Source of the DNA: Balanoglossus misakiensis
Taxonomy: Eukaryota; Animalia; Hemichordata
Direction: 5' to 3'
Length of the DNA: 64,000 nucleotides
Assembly: GCA_040954595.2 (NCBI GenBank)
Contig: CM082577.2
Location: forward strand, 20,682,303-20,746,302
The position numbers were made by a program, and so were the translations under genes. The notes under the pieces were generated by a model. That model saw nothing but the letters and a program-made list of their open reading frames with translations. It searched no databases and was not told the DNA's origin. Shown here one piece after another: positions 35,501 through 49,995 of the stretch; the stretch's first letter is position 1, and each line of letters opens with the position of its first letter.

Positions 35501-38500
35501 TATCCTTCAGGCTACTCTTTAATGGAAACGTTGGAAAAAAATGAAGCCTACAGCACGTAGTATTCCACGGCGGTCTCCCATCCAAGTACTAACTACGCCC
35601 AACGCAGGTTTGCTTCGGTGATCAGACGAGAACCGGCTTTTTCTACGTGGTATGGCCGTAGGCGAAAGATGGTTGAATTTCTCCTACTATAAACCTGAAT
35701 CCTACACCATTAAACACATAGTCCGACTTGGCTAATTATTGTGGGTAACCGATCGACCTTCCATAGCTTATAAGGCAAGTAGGATAAAAAGATATGGTTT
35801 GTTTTGTTCTGCAAAAAGTGGTTTTAGAATTCAGGCACTTTCAGAAAAGGAAGAAACGGACACTTGCCACAAAATATTATCCTTCAGGCTACTCTTTAAA
35901 AAATGAAGCCTACAGCACATAGTATTCCCAGGCGGTCTCCCATCCAAGTACTAACTACGCCCAACGCAGGTTTGCTTCGGTGATCAGACGAGAACCGGCT
36001 TTTTCTACGTGGTATGGCCGTAGGCGAAAGATGGTTGAATTTCTCCTACTATAAACCTGAATCCTACACCATTAAACACATAGTCCGACTTGGCTAATTA
36101 TTGTGGGTAACCGATCGACCTTCCATAGCTTATAAGGCAAGTAGGATAAAAAGATATGGTTTGTTTTGTTCTGCAAAAAGTGGTTTTAGAATTCAGGCAC
36201 TTTCAGAAAAGGAAGAAACGGACACTTGCCACAAAATATTATCCTTCAGGCTACTCTTTAAAAAATGAAGCCTACAGCACGTAGTATTCCCAGGCGGTCT
36301 CCCATCCAAGTACTAACTACGCCCAACGCAGGTTTGCTTCGGTGATCAGACGAGAACCGGCTTTTTCTACGTGGTATGGCCGTAGGCGAAGGATGGTTGA
36401 ATTTCTCCTACTATAAACCTAAATCCTACACCATTGAACACATAGTCCGACTTGGCTAATTTTTGTGGGTAACCGATCGACCTTCCATAGCTTATAAGGC
36501 AAGTAGGATCAAAAAATATGGTTTGTTTTGTTTTGCAAAAAGTGGTTTTAAAATTCAGACACTTGCAGAAAGAGGAAGAAACGGACACTTGCGACAAAAT
36601 ATTATCCTTCAGGCTAATCTTTAATGGAAACGTTGGAAAAAATTGAAGCCTACAGCACGTAGTATTCCCAGGCGGTCTCCCATCCAAGTACTAACTACGC
36701 CCAACGCAGGTTTGCTTCGGTGATCAGACGAGAACCGGCTTATTCTACGTGGTATGGCCGTAGGCGAAAGATGGTTGAATTTCTCCTACTATAAACCTGA
36801 ATCCTACACCATTGAACACATAGTCCGACTTGGCTAATTATTGTGGGTAACCGATCGACCTTCCATAGCTTATAAGGCAAGTAGGATAAAAAGATATGGT
36901 TTGTTTTGTTCTGCAAAAAGTGGTTTTAGAATTCAGGCACTTTCAGAAAAGGAAGAAACGGATACTTGCCACAAAATATTATCCTTCAGGCTACTCTTTA
37001 AAAAATGAAGCCTACAGCACGTAGTATTCCCAGGCGGTCTCCCATCCAAGTACTAACTACGCCCAACGCAGGTTTGCTTCGGTGATCAGACGAGAACCGG
37101 CTTTTTCTACGTGGTATGGCCGTAGGCGAAGGATGGTTGAATTTCTCCTACTATAAACCTAAATCCTACACCATTGAACACATAGTCCGACTTGGCTAAT
37201 TATTGTGGGTAACCGATCGACCTTCCATAGCTTATAAGGCAAGTAGGATAAAAAGATATGGTTTGTTTTGTTCTGCTAAAAGTGGTTTTAGAATTCAGGC
37301 ACTTTCAGAAAAGGAAGAAACGGACACTTGCCACAAAATATTATCCTTCAGGCTACTCTTTAAAAAATGAAGCCTACAGCACGTAGTATTCCCAGGCGGT
37401 CTCCCATCCAAGTACTAACTACGCCCAACGCAGGTTTGCTTCGGTGATCAGACGAGAACCGGCTTTTTCTACGTGGTATGGCCGTAGGCGAAAGATGGTT
37501 GAATTTCTCCTACTATAAACCTGAATCCTACACCATTAAACACATAGTCCGACTTGGCTAATTATTATGGGTAACCGATCGACCTTCCATAGCTTATAAG
37601 GCAAGTAGGATAAACAGATATGGTTTGTTTTATTCTGCAAAAAGTGGTTTTAGAATTCAGGCACTTTCAGAAAAGGAAGAAACGGACACTTGCCACAAAA
37701 TATTATCCTTCAGGCTACTCTTTAAAAAATGAAGCCTACAGCACGTAGTATTCCCAGGCGGTCTCCCATCCAATTACTAACTACGCTCAACGCAGGTTTG
37801 CTTCGGTGATCAGACGAGAACCGGCTTTTTCTACGTGGTATGGCCGTAGGCGAAGGATGGTTGAATTTCTCCTACTATAAACCTAAATCCTACACCATTG
37901 AACACATAGTCCGACTTGGCTAATTATTGTGGGTAACCGATCGACCTTCCATAGCTTATAAGGCAAGTAGGATAAAAAAATATGGTTTGTTTTGTTTTGC
38001 AAAAAGTGGTTTTAAAATTCAGACACTTGCAGAAAGAGGAAGAAACGGACACTTGCGACAAAATATTATCCTTCAGGCTACTCTTTAATGGAAACGTTGG
38101 AAAAAATGAAGCCTACAGCACGTAGTATTCCCAGGCGGTCTCCCATCCAAGTACTAACTACGCCCAACGCAGGTTTGCTTCGGTGATCAGACGAGAACCG
38201 GCTTATTTTACGTGGTATGGCCGTAGGCGAAAGATGGTTGAATTTCTCCTACTATAAACATGTATCCTAAACCATTGAACACATAGTCCGACTTGGCTAA
38301 TTTTTGTGGGTAACCGATCGACCTTCCATAGCTTATAAGGCAAGTAGGATAAAAAATATGGTTTGTTTTGTTTTGCAAAAAGTGGTTTTAAAATTCAGAC
38401 ACTTGCAGAAAGAGGAAGAAACGAACACTTGCGACAAAATATTATCCTTCAGGCTACTCTTTAATGGAAACGTTGGAAAAAAATGAAGCCTACAGCACGT

Positions 38501-41500
38501 AGTATTCCACGGCGGTCTCCCATCCAAGTACTAACTACGCCCAACGCAGGTTTGCTTCGGTGATCAGACGAGAACCGGCTTTTTCTACGTGGTATGGCCG
38601 TAGGCGAAAGATGGTTGAATTTCTCCTACTATAAACCTGAATCCTACACCATTAAACACATAGTCCGACTTGGCTAATTATTGTGGGTAACCGATCGACC
38701 TTCCATAGCTTATAAGGCAAGTAGGATAAAAAGATATGGTTTGTTTTGTTCTGCAAAAAGTGGTTTTAGAATTCAGGCACTTTCAGAAAAGGAAGAAACT
38801 GACACTTGCCACAAAATATTATCCTTCAGGCTACTCTTTAAAAAATGAAGCCTACAGCACGTAGTATTCCCAGGCGGTCTCCCATCCAAGTACTAACTAC
38901 GCCCAACGCAGGTTTGCTTCGGTGATCAGACGAGAACCGGCTTTTTCTACGTGGTATGGCCGTAGGCGAAAGATGGTTGAATATCTCCTACTATAAACCT
39001 GAATCCTACACCATTAAACACATAGTCCGACTTGGCTAATTATTGTGGGTAACCGATCGACCTTCCATAGCTTATAAGGCAAGTAGGATAAAAAGATATG
39101 GTTTGTTTTGTTCTGCAAAAAGTGGTTTTAGAATTCAGGCACTTTCAGAAAAGGAAGAAACGGACACTTGCCACAAAATATTATCCTTCAGGCTACTCTT
39201 TAAAAAATGAAGCCTACAGCACGTAGTATTCCCAGGCGGTCTCCCATCCAAGTACTAACTACGCCCAACGCAGGTTTGCTTCGGTGATCAGACGAGAACC
39301 GGCTTTTTCTACGTGGTATGGCCGTAGGCGATGGATGGTTGAATTTCTCCTACTATAAACCTAAATCCTACACCATTGAACACATAGTCCGACTTGGCTA
39401 ATTTTTGTGGGTAACCGATCGACCTTCCATAGCTTATAAGGCAAGTAGGATAAAAAAATATGGTTTGTTTTGTTTTGCAAAAAGTGGTTTTAAAATTCAG
39501 ACACTTGCAGAAAGAGGAAGAAACGGACACTTGCGACAAAATATTATCCTTCAGGCTAATCTTTAATGGAAACGTTGGAAAAAATTGAAGCCTACAGCAC
39601 GTAGTATTCCCAGGCGGTCTCCCATCCAAGTACTAACTACGCCCAACGCAGGTTTGCTTCGGTGATCAGACGAGAACCGGCTTTTTCTACGTGGTATGGC
39701 CGTAGGCGAAAGATGGTTGAATTTCTCCTACTATAAACCTGAATCCTACACCATTAAACACATAGTCCGACTTGGCTAATTATTGTGGGTAACCGATCGA
39801 CCTTCCATAGCTTATAAGGCAAGTAGGATAAAAAAATATTGTTTGTTTTGTTTTGCAAAAAGTTGTTTTAAAATTCAGACACTTGCAGAAAGAGGAAGAA
39901 ACGGACACTTGCGACAAAATATTATCCTTCAGGCTACTCTTTAAAAAATGAAGCCTACAGCACGTAGTATTCCCAGGCGGTCTCCCATCCAAGTACTAAC
40001 TACGCCCAACGCAGGTTTGCTTCGGTGATCAGACGAGAACCGGCTTTTTCTACGTGGTATGGCCGTAGGCGAAAGATGGTTGAATTTCTCCTACTATAAA
40101 CCTGAATCCTACACCATTGAACACATAGTCCGACTTGGCTAATTTTTGTGGGTAACCGATCGACCTTCCATAGCTTATAAGGCAAGTAGGATAAAAAAAT
40201 ATTGTTTGTTTTGTTTTGCAAAAAGTGGTTTTAAAATTCAGAAACTTGCAGAAAGAGGAAGAAACGGACACTTGCCACAAAATATTATCCTTCAGGCTAC
40301 TCTTTAATGGAAACGTTGGAAAAAAATGAAGCCTACAGCACGTAGTATTCCCAGGCGGACTCCCATCCAAGTACTAATTACGCCGAACGCAGGTTTGCTT
40401 CGGTGATCAGACGAGAACCGGCTTTTTCTACGTGGTATGGCCGTAGGCGAAAGATGGTTGAATTTCTCCTACTATAAACCTGAATCCTACACCATTGAAC
40501 ACATAGTCCGACTTGGCTAATTTTTGTGGGTAACCGATCGACCTTCCATAGCTTATAAGGCAAGTAGGATAAAAAAATATGGTTTGTTTTGTTTTGCAAA
40601 AAGTGGTTTTAAAATTCAGACACATGCAGAAAGAGGAAGAAACGGACACTTGCGACAAAATATTATCCTTCAGGCTAATCTTTAATGGAAACGTTGGAAA
40701 AAATTGAAGCCTACAGCACGTAGTATTCCCAGGCGGTCTCCCATCCAAGTACTAACTACGCCCAACGCAGGTTTGCTTCGGTGATCAGACGAGAACCGGC
40801 TTTTTCTACGTGGTATGGCCGTAGGCGAAAGATGGTTGAATTTCTCCTACTATAAACCTGAATCCTACAAAATTGAACACATAGTCCGACTTGGCTAATT
40901 TTTGTGGGTAACCGATCGACCTTCCATAGCTTATAAGGCAAGTAGGATAAAAAAATATTGTTTGTTTTGTTTTGCAAAAAGTGGTTTTAAAATTCAGAAA
41001 CTTGCAGAAAGAGGAAGAAACGGACACTTGCCACAAAATATTATCCTTCAGGCTACTCTTTAATGGAAACGTTGGAAAAAAATGAAGCCTACAGCACGTA
41101 GTATTCCCAGGCGGACTCCCATCCAAGTACTAATTACGCCGAACGCAGGTTTGCTTCGGTGATCAGACGAGAACCGGCTTTTTCTACGTGGTATGGCCGT
41201 AGGCGAAAGATGGTTGAATTTCTCCTACTATAAACCTGAATCCTACACCATTGAACACATAGTCCGACTTGGCTAATTTTTGTGGGTAACCGATCGACCT
41301 TCCATAGCTTATAAGGCAAGTAGGATAAAAAAATATGGTTTGTTTTGTTTTGCAAAAAGTGGTTTTAAAATTCAGACACATGCAGAAAGAGGAAGAAACG
41401 GACACTTGCGACAAAATATTATCCTTCAGGCTAATCTTTAATGGAAACGTTGGAAAAAATTGAAGCCTACAGCACGTAGTATTCCCAGGCGGTCTCCCAT

Positions 41501-44500
41501 CCAAGTACTAACTACGCCCAACGCAGGTTTGCTTCGGTGATCAGACGAGAACCGGCTTATTCTACGTGGTATGGCCGTAGGCGAAAGATGGTTGAATTTC
41601 TCCTACTATAAACCTGAATCCTACACCATTGAACACATAGTCCGACTTGGCTAATTATTGTGGGTAACCGATCGACCTTCCATAGCTTATAAGGCAAGTA
41701 GGATAAAAAGATATGGTTTGTTTTGTTCTGCAAAAAGTGGTTTTAGAATTCAGGCACTTTCAGAAAAGGAAGAAACGGATACTTGCCACAAAATATTATC
41801 CTTCAGGCTACTCTTTAAAAAATGAAGCCTACAGCACGTAGTATTCCCAGGCGGTCTCCCATCCAAGTACTAACTACGCCCAACGCAGGTTTGCTTCGGT
41901 GATCAGACGAGAACCGGCTTTTTCTACGTGGTATGGCCGTAGGCGAAGGATGGTTGAATTTCTCCTACTATAAACCTAAATCCTACACCATTGAACACAT
42001 AGTCCGACTTGGCTAATTATTGTGGGTAACCGATCGACCTTCCATAGCTTATAAGGCAAGTAGGATAAAAAGATATGGTTTGTTTTGTTCTGCAAAAAGT
42101 GGTTTTAGAATTCAGGCACTTTCAGAAAAGGAAGAAACGGACACTTGCCACAAAATATTATCCTTCAGGCTACTCTTTAAAAAATGAAGCCTACAGCACG
42201 TAGTATTCCCAGGCGGTCTCCCATCCAAGTACTAACTACGCCCAACGCAGGTTTGCTTCGGTGATCAGACGAGAACCGGCTTTTTCTACGTGGTATGGCC
42301 GTAGGCGAAAGATGGTTGAATTTCTCCTAATATAAACCTGAATCCTACACCATTAAACACATAGTCCGACTTGGCTAATTATTGTGGGTAACCGATCGAC
42401 CTTCCATAGCTTATAAGGCAAGTAGGATAAACAGATATGGTTTGTTTTATTCTGCAAAAAGTGGTTTTAGAATTCAGGCACTTTCAGAAAAGGAAGAAAC
42501 GGACACTTGCCACAAAATATTATCCTTCAGGCTACTCTTTAAAAAATGAAGCCTACAGCACGTAGTATTCCCAGGCGGTCTCCCATCTAATTACTAACTA
42601 CGCTCAACGCAGGTTTGCTTCGGTGATCAGACGAGAACCGGCTTTTTCTACGTGGTATGGCCGTAGGCGAAGGATGGTTGAATTTCTCCTACTATAAACC
42701 TAAATCCTACACCATTGAACACATAGTCCGACTTGGCTAATTATTGTGGGTAACCGATCGACCTTCCATAGCTTATAAGGCAAGTAGGATAAAAAGATAT
42801 GGTTTGTTTTGTTCTGCAAAAAGTGGTTTTAGAATTCAGGCACTTTCAGAAAAGGAAGAAACGGACACTTGCCACAAAATATTATCCTTCAGGCTACTCT
42901 TTAAAAAATGAAGCCTACAGCACGTAGTATTCCCAGGCGGTCTCCCATCCAAGTACTAACTACGCCCAACGCAGGTTTGCTTCGGTGATCAGACGAGAAC
43001 CGGCTTTTTCTACGTGGTATGGCCGTAGGCGAAAGATGGTTGAATTTCTCCTAATATAAACCTGAATCCTACACCATTAAACACATAGTCCGACTTGGCT
43101 AATTATTGTGGGTAACCGATCGACCTTCCATAGCTTATAAGGCAAGTAGGATAAACAGATATGGTTTGTTTTATTCTGCAAAAAGTGGTTTTAGAATTCA
43201 GGCACTTTCAGAAAAGGAAGAAACGGACACTTGCCACAAAATATTATCCTTCAGGCTACTCTTTAAAAAATGAAGCCTACAGCACGTAGTATTCCCAGGC
43301 GGTCTCCCATCCAATTACTAACTACGCTCAACGCAGGTTTGCTTCGGTGATCAGACGAGAACCGGCTTTTTCTACGTGGTATGGCCGTAGGCGAAGGATG
43401 GTTGAATTTCTCCTACTATAAACCTAAATCCTACACCATTGAACACATAGTCCGACTTGGCTAATTATTGTGGGTAACCGATCGACCTTCCATAGCTTAT
43501 AAGGCAAGTAGGATAAAAAAATATGGTTTGTTTTGTTTTGCAAAAAGTGGTTTTAAAATTCAGACACTTGCAGAAAGAGGAAGAAACGGACACTTGCGAC
43601 AAAATATTATCCTTCAGGCTACTCTTTAATGGAAACGTTGGAAAAAATGAAGCCTACAGCACGTAGTATTCCCAGGCGGTCTCCCATCCAAGTACTAACT
43701 ACGCCCAACGCAGGTTTGCTTCGGTGATCAGACGAGAACCGGCTTATTTTACGTGGTATGGCCGTAGGCGAAAGATGGTTGAATTTCTCCTACTATAAAC
43801 ATGAATCCTAAACCATTGAACACATAGTCCGACTTGGCTAATTTTTGTGGGTAACCGATCGACCTTCCATAGCTTATAAGGCAAGTAGGATAAAAAAATA
43901 TGGTTTGTTTTGTTTTGCAAAAAGTGGTTTTAAAATTCAGACACTTGCAGAAAGAGGAAGAAACGAACACTTGCGACAAAATATTATCCTTCAGGCTACT
44001 CTTTAATGGAAACGTTGGAAAAAAATGAAGCCTACAGCACGTAGTATTCCACGGCGGTCTCCCATCCAAGTACTAACTACGCCCAACGCAGGTTTGCTTC
44101 GGTGATCAGACGAGAACCGGCTTTTTCTACGTGGTATGGCCGTAGGCGAAAGATGGTTGAATTTCTCCTACTATAAACCTGAATCCTACACCATTAAACA
44201 CATAGTCCGACTTGGCTAATTATTGTGGGTAACCGATCGACCTTCCATAGCTTATAAGGCAAGTAGGATAAAAAGATATGGTTTGTTTTGTTCTGCAAAA
44301 AGTGGTTTTAGAATTCAGGCACTTTCAGAAAAGGAAGAAACGGACACTTGCGACAAAATATTATCCTTCAGGCTACTCTTTAATGGAAACGTTGGAAAAA
44401 ATGAAGCCTACAGCACGTAGTATTCCCAGGCGGTCTCCCATCCAAGTACTAACTACGCCCAACGCAGGTTTGCTTCGATGATCAGACGAGAACCGGCTTA

Positions 44501-47500
44501 TTTTACGTGGTATGGCCGTAGGCGAAAGATGGTTGAATTTCTCCTACTATAAACATGAATCCTAAACCATTGAACACATAGTCCGACTTGGCTAATTTTT
44601 GTGGGTAACCGATCGACCTTCCATAGCTTATAAGGCAAGTAGGATAAAAAATATGGTTTGTTTTGTTTTGCAAAAAGTGGTTTTAAAATTCAGACACTTG
44701 CAGAAAGAGGAAGAAACGAACACTTGCGACAAAATATTATCCTTCAGGCTACTCTTTAATGGAAACGTTGGAAAAAAATGAAGCCTACAGCACGTAGTAT
44801 TCCACGGCGGTCTCCCATCCAAGTACTAACTACGCCCAACGCAGGTTTGCTTCGGTGATCAGACGAGAACCGGCTTTTTCTACGTGGTATGGCCGTAGGC
44901 GAAAGATGGTTGAATTTCTCCTACTATAAACCTGAATCCTACACCATTAAACACATAGTCCGACTTGGCTAATTATTGTGGGTAACCGATCGACCTTCCA
45001 TAGCTTATAAGGCAAGTAGGATAAAAAGATATGGTTTGTTTTGTTCTGCAAAAAGTGGTTTTAGAATTCAGGCACTTTCAGAAAAGGAAGAAACTGACAC
45101 TTGCCACAAAATATTATCCTTCAGGCTACTCTTTAAAAAATGAAGCCTACAGCACGTAGTATTCCCAGGCGGTCTCCCATCCAAGTACTAACTACGCCCA
45201 ACGCAGGTTTGCTTCGGTGATCAGACGAGAACCGGCTTTTTCTACGTGGTATGGCCGTAGGCGATGGATGGTTGAATTTCTCCTACTATAAACCTAAATC
45301 CTACACCATTGAACACATAGTCCGACTTGGCTAATTTTTGTGGGTAACCGATCGACCTTCCATAGCTTATAAGGCAAGTAGGATAAAAAAATATGGTTTG
45401 TTTTGTTTTGCAAAAAGTGGTTTTAAAATTCAGACACTTGCAGAAAGAGGAAGAAACGGACACTTGCGACAAAATATTATCCTTCAGGCTAATCTTTAAT
45501 GGAAACGTTGGAAAAAATTGAAGCCTACAGCACGTAGTATTCCCAGGCGGTCTCCCATCCAAGTACTAACTACGCCCAACGCAGGTTTGCTTCGGTGATC
45601 AGACGAGAACCGGCTTTTTCTACGTGGTATGGCCGTAGGCGAAAGATGGTTGAATTTCTCCTACTATAAACCTGAATCCTACACCATTGAACACATAGTC
45701 CCACTTGGCTAATTATTGTGGGTAACCGATCGACCTTCCATAGCTTATAAGGCAAGTAGGATAAAAAGATATGGTTTGTTTTGTTCTGCAAAAAGTGGTT
45801 TTAGAATTCAGGCACTTTCAGAAAAGGAAGAAACTGACACTTGCCACAAAATATTATCCTTCAGGCTACTCTTTAAAAAATGAAGCCTACAGCACGTAGT
45901 ATTCCCAGGCGGTCTCCCATCCAAGTACTAACTACGCCCAACGCAGGTTTGCTTCGGTGATCAGACGAGAACCGGCTTTTTCTACGTGGTATGGCCGTAG
46001 GCGAAAGATGGTTGAATATCTCCTACTATAAACCTGAATCCTACACCATTAAACACATAGTCCGACTTGGCTAATTATTGTGGGTAACCGATCGACCTTC
46101 CATAGCTTATAAGGCAAGTAGGATAAAAAGATATGGTTTGTTTTGTTCTGCAAAAAGTGGTTTTAGAATTCAGGCACTTTCAGAAAAGGAAGAAACGGAC
46201 ACTTGCCACAAAATCTTATCCTTCAGGCTACTCTTTAAAAAATGAAGCCTACAGCACGTAGTATTCCCAGGCGGTCTCCCATCCAAGTACTAACTACGCC
46301 CAACGCAGGTTTGCTTCGGTGATCAGACGAGAACCGGCTTTTTCTACGTGGTATGGCCGTAGGCGAAGGATGGTTGAATTTCTCCTACTATAAACCTAAA
46401 TCCTACACCATTGAACACATAGTCCGACTTGGCTAATTTTTGTGGGTAACCGATCGACCTTCCATAGCTTATAAGGCAAGTAGGATCAAAAAATATGGTT
46501 TGTTTTGTTTTGCAAAAAGTGGTTTTAAAATTCAGACACTTGCAGAAAGAGGAAGAAACGGACACTTGCGACAGAATATTATCCTTCAGGCTAATCTTTA
46601 ATGGAAACGTTGGAAAAAATTGAAGCCTACAGCACGTAGTATTCCCAGGCGGTCTCCCATCCAAGTACTAACTACGCCCAACGCAGGTTTGCTTCGGTGA
46701 TCAGACGAGAACCGGCTTTTTCTACGTGGTATGGCCGTAGGCGAAAGATGGTTGAATTTCTCCTACTATAAACCTGAATCCTACACCATTAAACACATAG
46801 TCCGACTTGGCTAATTATTGTGGGTAACCGATCGACCTTCCATAGCTTATAAGGCAAGTAGGATAAAAAAATATTGTTTGTTTTGTTTTGCAAAAAGTGG
46901 TTTTAAAATTCAGACACTTGCAGAAAGAGGAAGAAACGGACACTTGCGACAAAATATTATCCTTCAGGCTACTCTTTAAAAAATGAAGCCTACAGCACGT
47001 AGTATTCCCAGGCGGTCTCCCATCCAAGTACTAACTACGCCCAACGCAGGTTTGCTTCGGTGATCAGACGAGAACCGGCTTTTTCTACGTGGTATGGCCG
47101 TAGGCGAAAGATGGTTGAATTTCTCCTACTATAAACCTGAATCCTACACCATTGAACACATAGTCCGACTTGGCTAATTTTTGTGGGTAACCGATCGACC
47201 TTCCATAGCTTATAAGGCAAGTAGGATAAAAAAATATTGTTTGTTTTGTTTTGCAAAAAGTGGTTTTAAAATTCAGAAACTTGCAGAAAGAGGAAGAAAC
47301 GGACACTTGCCACAAAATATTATCCTTCAGGCTACTCTTTAATGGAAACGTTGGAAAAAAATGAAGCCTACAGCACGTAGTATTCCCAGGCGGACTCCCA
47401 TCCAAGTACTAATTACGCCGAACGCAGGTTTGCTTCGGTGATCAGACGAGAACCGGCTTTTTCTACGTGGTATGGCCGTAGGCGAAAGATGGTTGAATTT

Positions 47501-48119
47501 CTCCTACTATAAACCTGAATCCTACACCATTGAACACATAGTCCGACTTGGCTAATTTTTGTGGGTAACCGATCGACCTTCCATAGCTTATAAGGCAAGT
47601 AGGATAAAAAAATATGGTTTGTTTTGTTTTGCAAAAAGTGGTTTTAAAATTCAGACACTTGCAGAAAGAGGAAGAAACGGACACTTGCGACAAAATATTA
47701 TCCTTCAGGCTACTCTTTAATGGAAACGTTGGAAAAAAATGAAGCCTACAGCACGTAGTATTCCCAGGCGGACTACCATCCAAGTACTAACTACGCCGAA
47801 CGCAGGTTTGCTTCGGTGATCAGACGAGAACCGGCTTTTTCTACGTGGTATGGCCGTAGGCGAAAGATGGTTGAATTTCTCCTACTATAAACCTGAATCC
47901 TACACCATTGAACACATAGTCCGACTTGGCTAATTTTTGTGGGTAACCGATCGACCTTCCATAGCTTATAAGGCAAGTAGGATAAAAAAATATGGTTTGT
48001 TTTGTTTTGCAAAAAGTGGTTTTAAAATTCAGACACTTGCAGAAAGAGGAAGAAACGGACACTTGCGACAAAATATTATCATTCAGGCTAATCTTTAATG
48101 GAAACGTTGGAAAAAATTG

Positions 48120-48195
48120 AAGCCTACAGCACGTAGTATTCCCAGGCGGTCTCCCAGACGAGAACCGGCTTTTTCTACGTGGTATGGCCGTAGGC
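48120..48195 (-). pseudogene. 5S pseudogene, 44-bp internal deletion (copy 1 of 6)
   Basis: ggtctccca|gacgagaacc; 76 nt. Confidence 0.92.
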
Positions 48196-49208
48196 GAAAG
48201 ATGGTTGAATTTCTCCTACTATAAACCTGAATCCTACACCATTAAACACATAGTCCGACTTGGCTAATTATTTTGGGTAACCGATCGACCTTCCATAGCT
48301 TATAAGGCAAGTAGGATAAAAAGATATGGTTTGTTTTGTTCTGCAAAAAGTGGTTTTAGAATTCAGGCACTTTCAGAAAAGGAAGAAACGGACACTTGCC
48401 ACAAAATATTATCCTTCAGGCTAATCTTTAATGGAAACGTTGGAAAAAATTGAAGCCTACAGCACGTAGTATTCCCAGGCGGTCTCCCATCCAAGTACTA
48501 ACTACGCCCAACGCAGGTTTGCTTCGGTGATCAGACGAGAACCGGCTTTTTCTACGTGGTATGGCCGTAGGCGAAAGATGGTTGAATTTCTCCTACTATA
48601 AACCTGAATCCTACACCATTGAACACATAGTCCGACTTGGCTAATTTTTTTGGGTAACCGATCGACCTTCCATAGCTTATAAGGCAAGTAGGATAAAAAA
48701 ATAGGGTTTGTTTTGTTTTGCAAAAAGTGGTTTTAAAATTCAGACACTTGCAGAAAGAGGAAGAAACGGACACTTGAGACAAAATATTATCTTTCAGGCT
48801 ACTCTTTAATGGAAACGTTGGAAAAAAATGAAGCCTACAGCACGTAGTATTCCCAGGCGGTCTCCCATCCAAGTACTAACTACGCCCAACGCAGGTTTGC
48901 TTCGGTGATCAGACGAGAACCGGCTTTATCTACGTGGTATGGCCGTAGGCGAAAGATTGTTGAATTTCTCCTACTATAAACCTGAATCCTACACCATTGA
49001 ACACATAGTCCGACTTGGCTAATTTTTGTGGGTAACCGATCGACCTTCCATAGCTTATAAGGCAAGTAGGATAAAAAAATATGGTTTGTTTTGTTTTGCA
49101 AAAAGTGGTTTTAAAATTCAGACACTTGCAGAAAGAGGAAGAAACGGACACTTGCGACAAAATATCATCATTCAGGCTAATCTTTATTGGAAACGTTGGA
49201 AAAAATTG

Positions 49209-49284
49209 AAGCCTACAGCACGTAGTATTCCCAGGCGGTCTCCCAGACGAGAACCGGCTTTTTCTACGTGGTATGGCCGTAGGC
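49209..49284 (-). pseudogene. 5S pseudogene, 44-bp internal deletion (copy 2 of 6)
   Basis: Same junction sequence. Confidence 0.92.
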
Positions 49285-49919
49285 GAAAGATGGTTGAATT
49301 TCTCCTACTATAAACCTGAATCCTACACCATTAAACACATAGTCCGACTTGGCTAATTATTGTGGGTAACCGATCGACCTTCCATAGCTTATAAGGCAAG
49401 TAGGATAAAAAGATATGGTTTGTTTTGTTCTGCAAAAAGTGGTTTTAGAATTCAGGCACTTTCAGAAAAGGAAGAAACGGACACTTGCCACAAAATATTA
49501 TCCTTCAGGCTAATCTTTAATGGAAACGTTGGAAAAAATTGAAGCCTACAGCACGTAGTATTCCCAGGCGGTCTCCCATCCAAGTACTAACTACGCCCAA
49601 CGCAGGTTTGCTTCGGTGATCAGACGAGAACCGGCTTTATCTACGTGGTATGGCCGTAGGCGAAAGATGGTTGAATTTCTCCTACTATAAACCTGAATCC
49701 TACACCATTGAACACATAGTCCGACTTGGCTAATTTTTGTGGGTAACCGATCGACCTTCCATAGCTTATAAGGCAAGTAGGATAAAAAAATATGGTTTGT
49801 TTTGTTTTGCAAAAAGTGGTTTTAAAATTCAGACACTTGCAGAAAGAGGAAGAAACGGACACTTGCGACAAAATATCATCATTCAGGCTAATCTTTATTG
49901 GAAACGTTGGAAAAAATTG

Positions 49920-49995
49920 AAGCCTACAGCACGTAGTATTCCCAGGCGGTCTCCCAGACGAGAACCGGCTTTTTCTACGTGGTATGGCCGTAGGC
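49920..49995 (-). pseudogene. 5S pseudogene, 44-bp internal deletion (copy 3 of 6)
   Basis: Same junction sequence. Confidence 0.92.
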
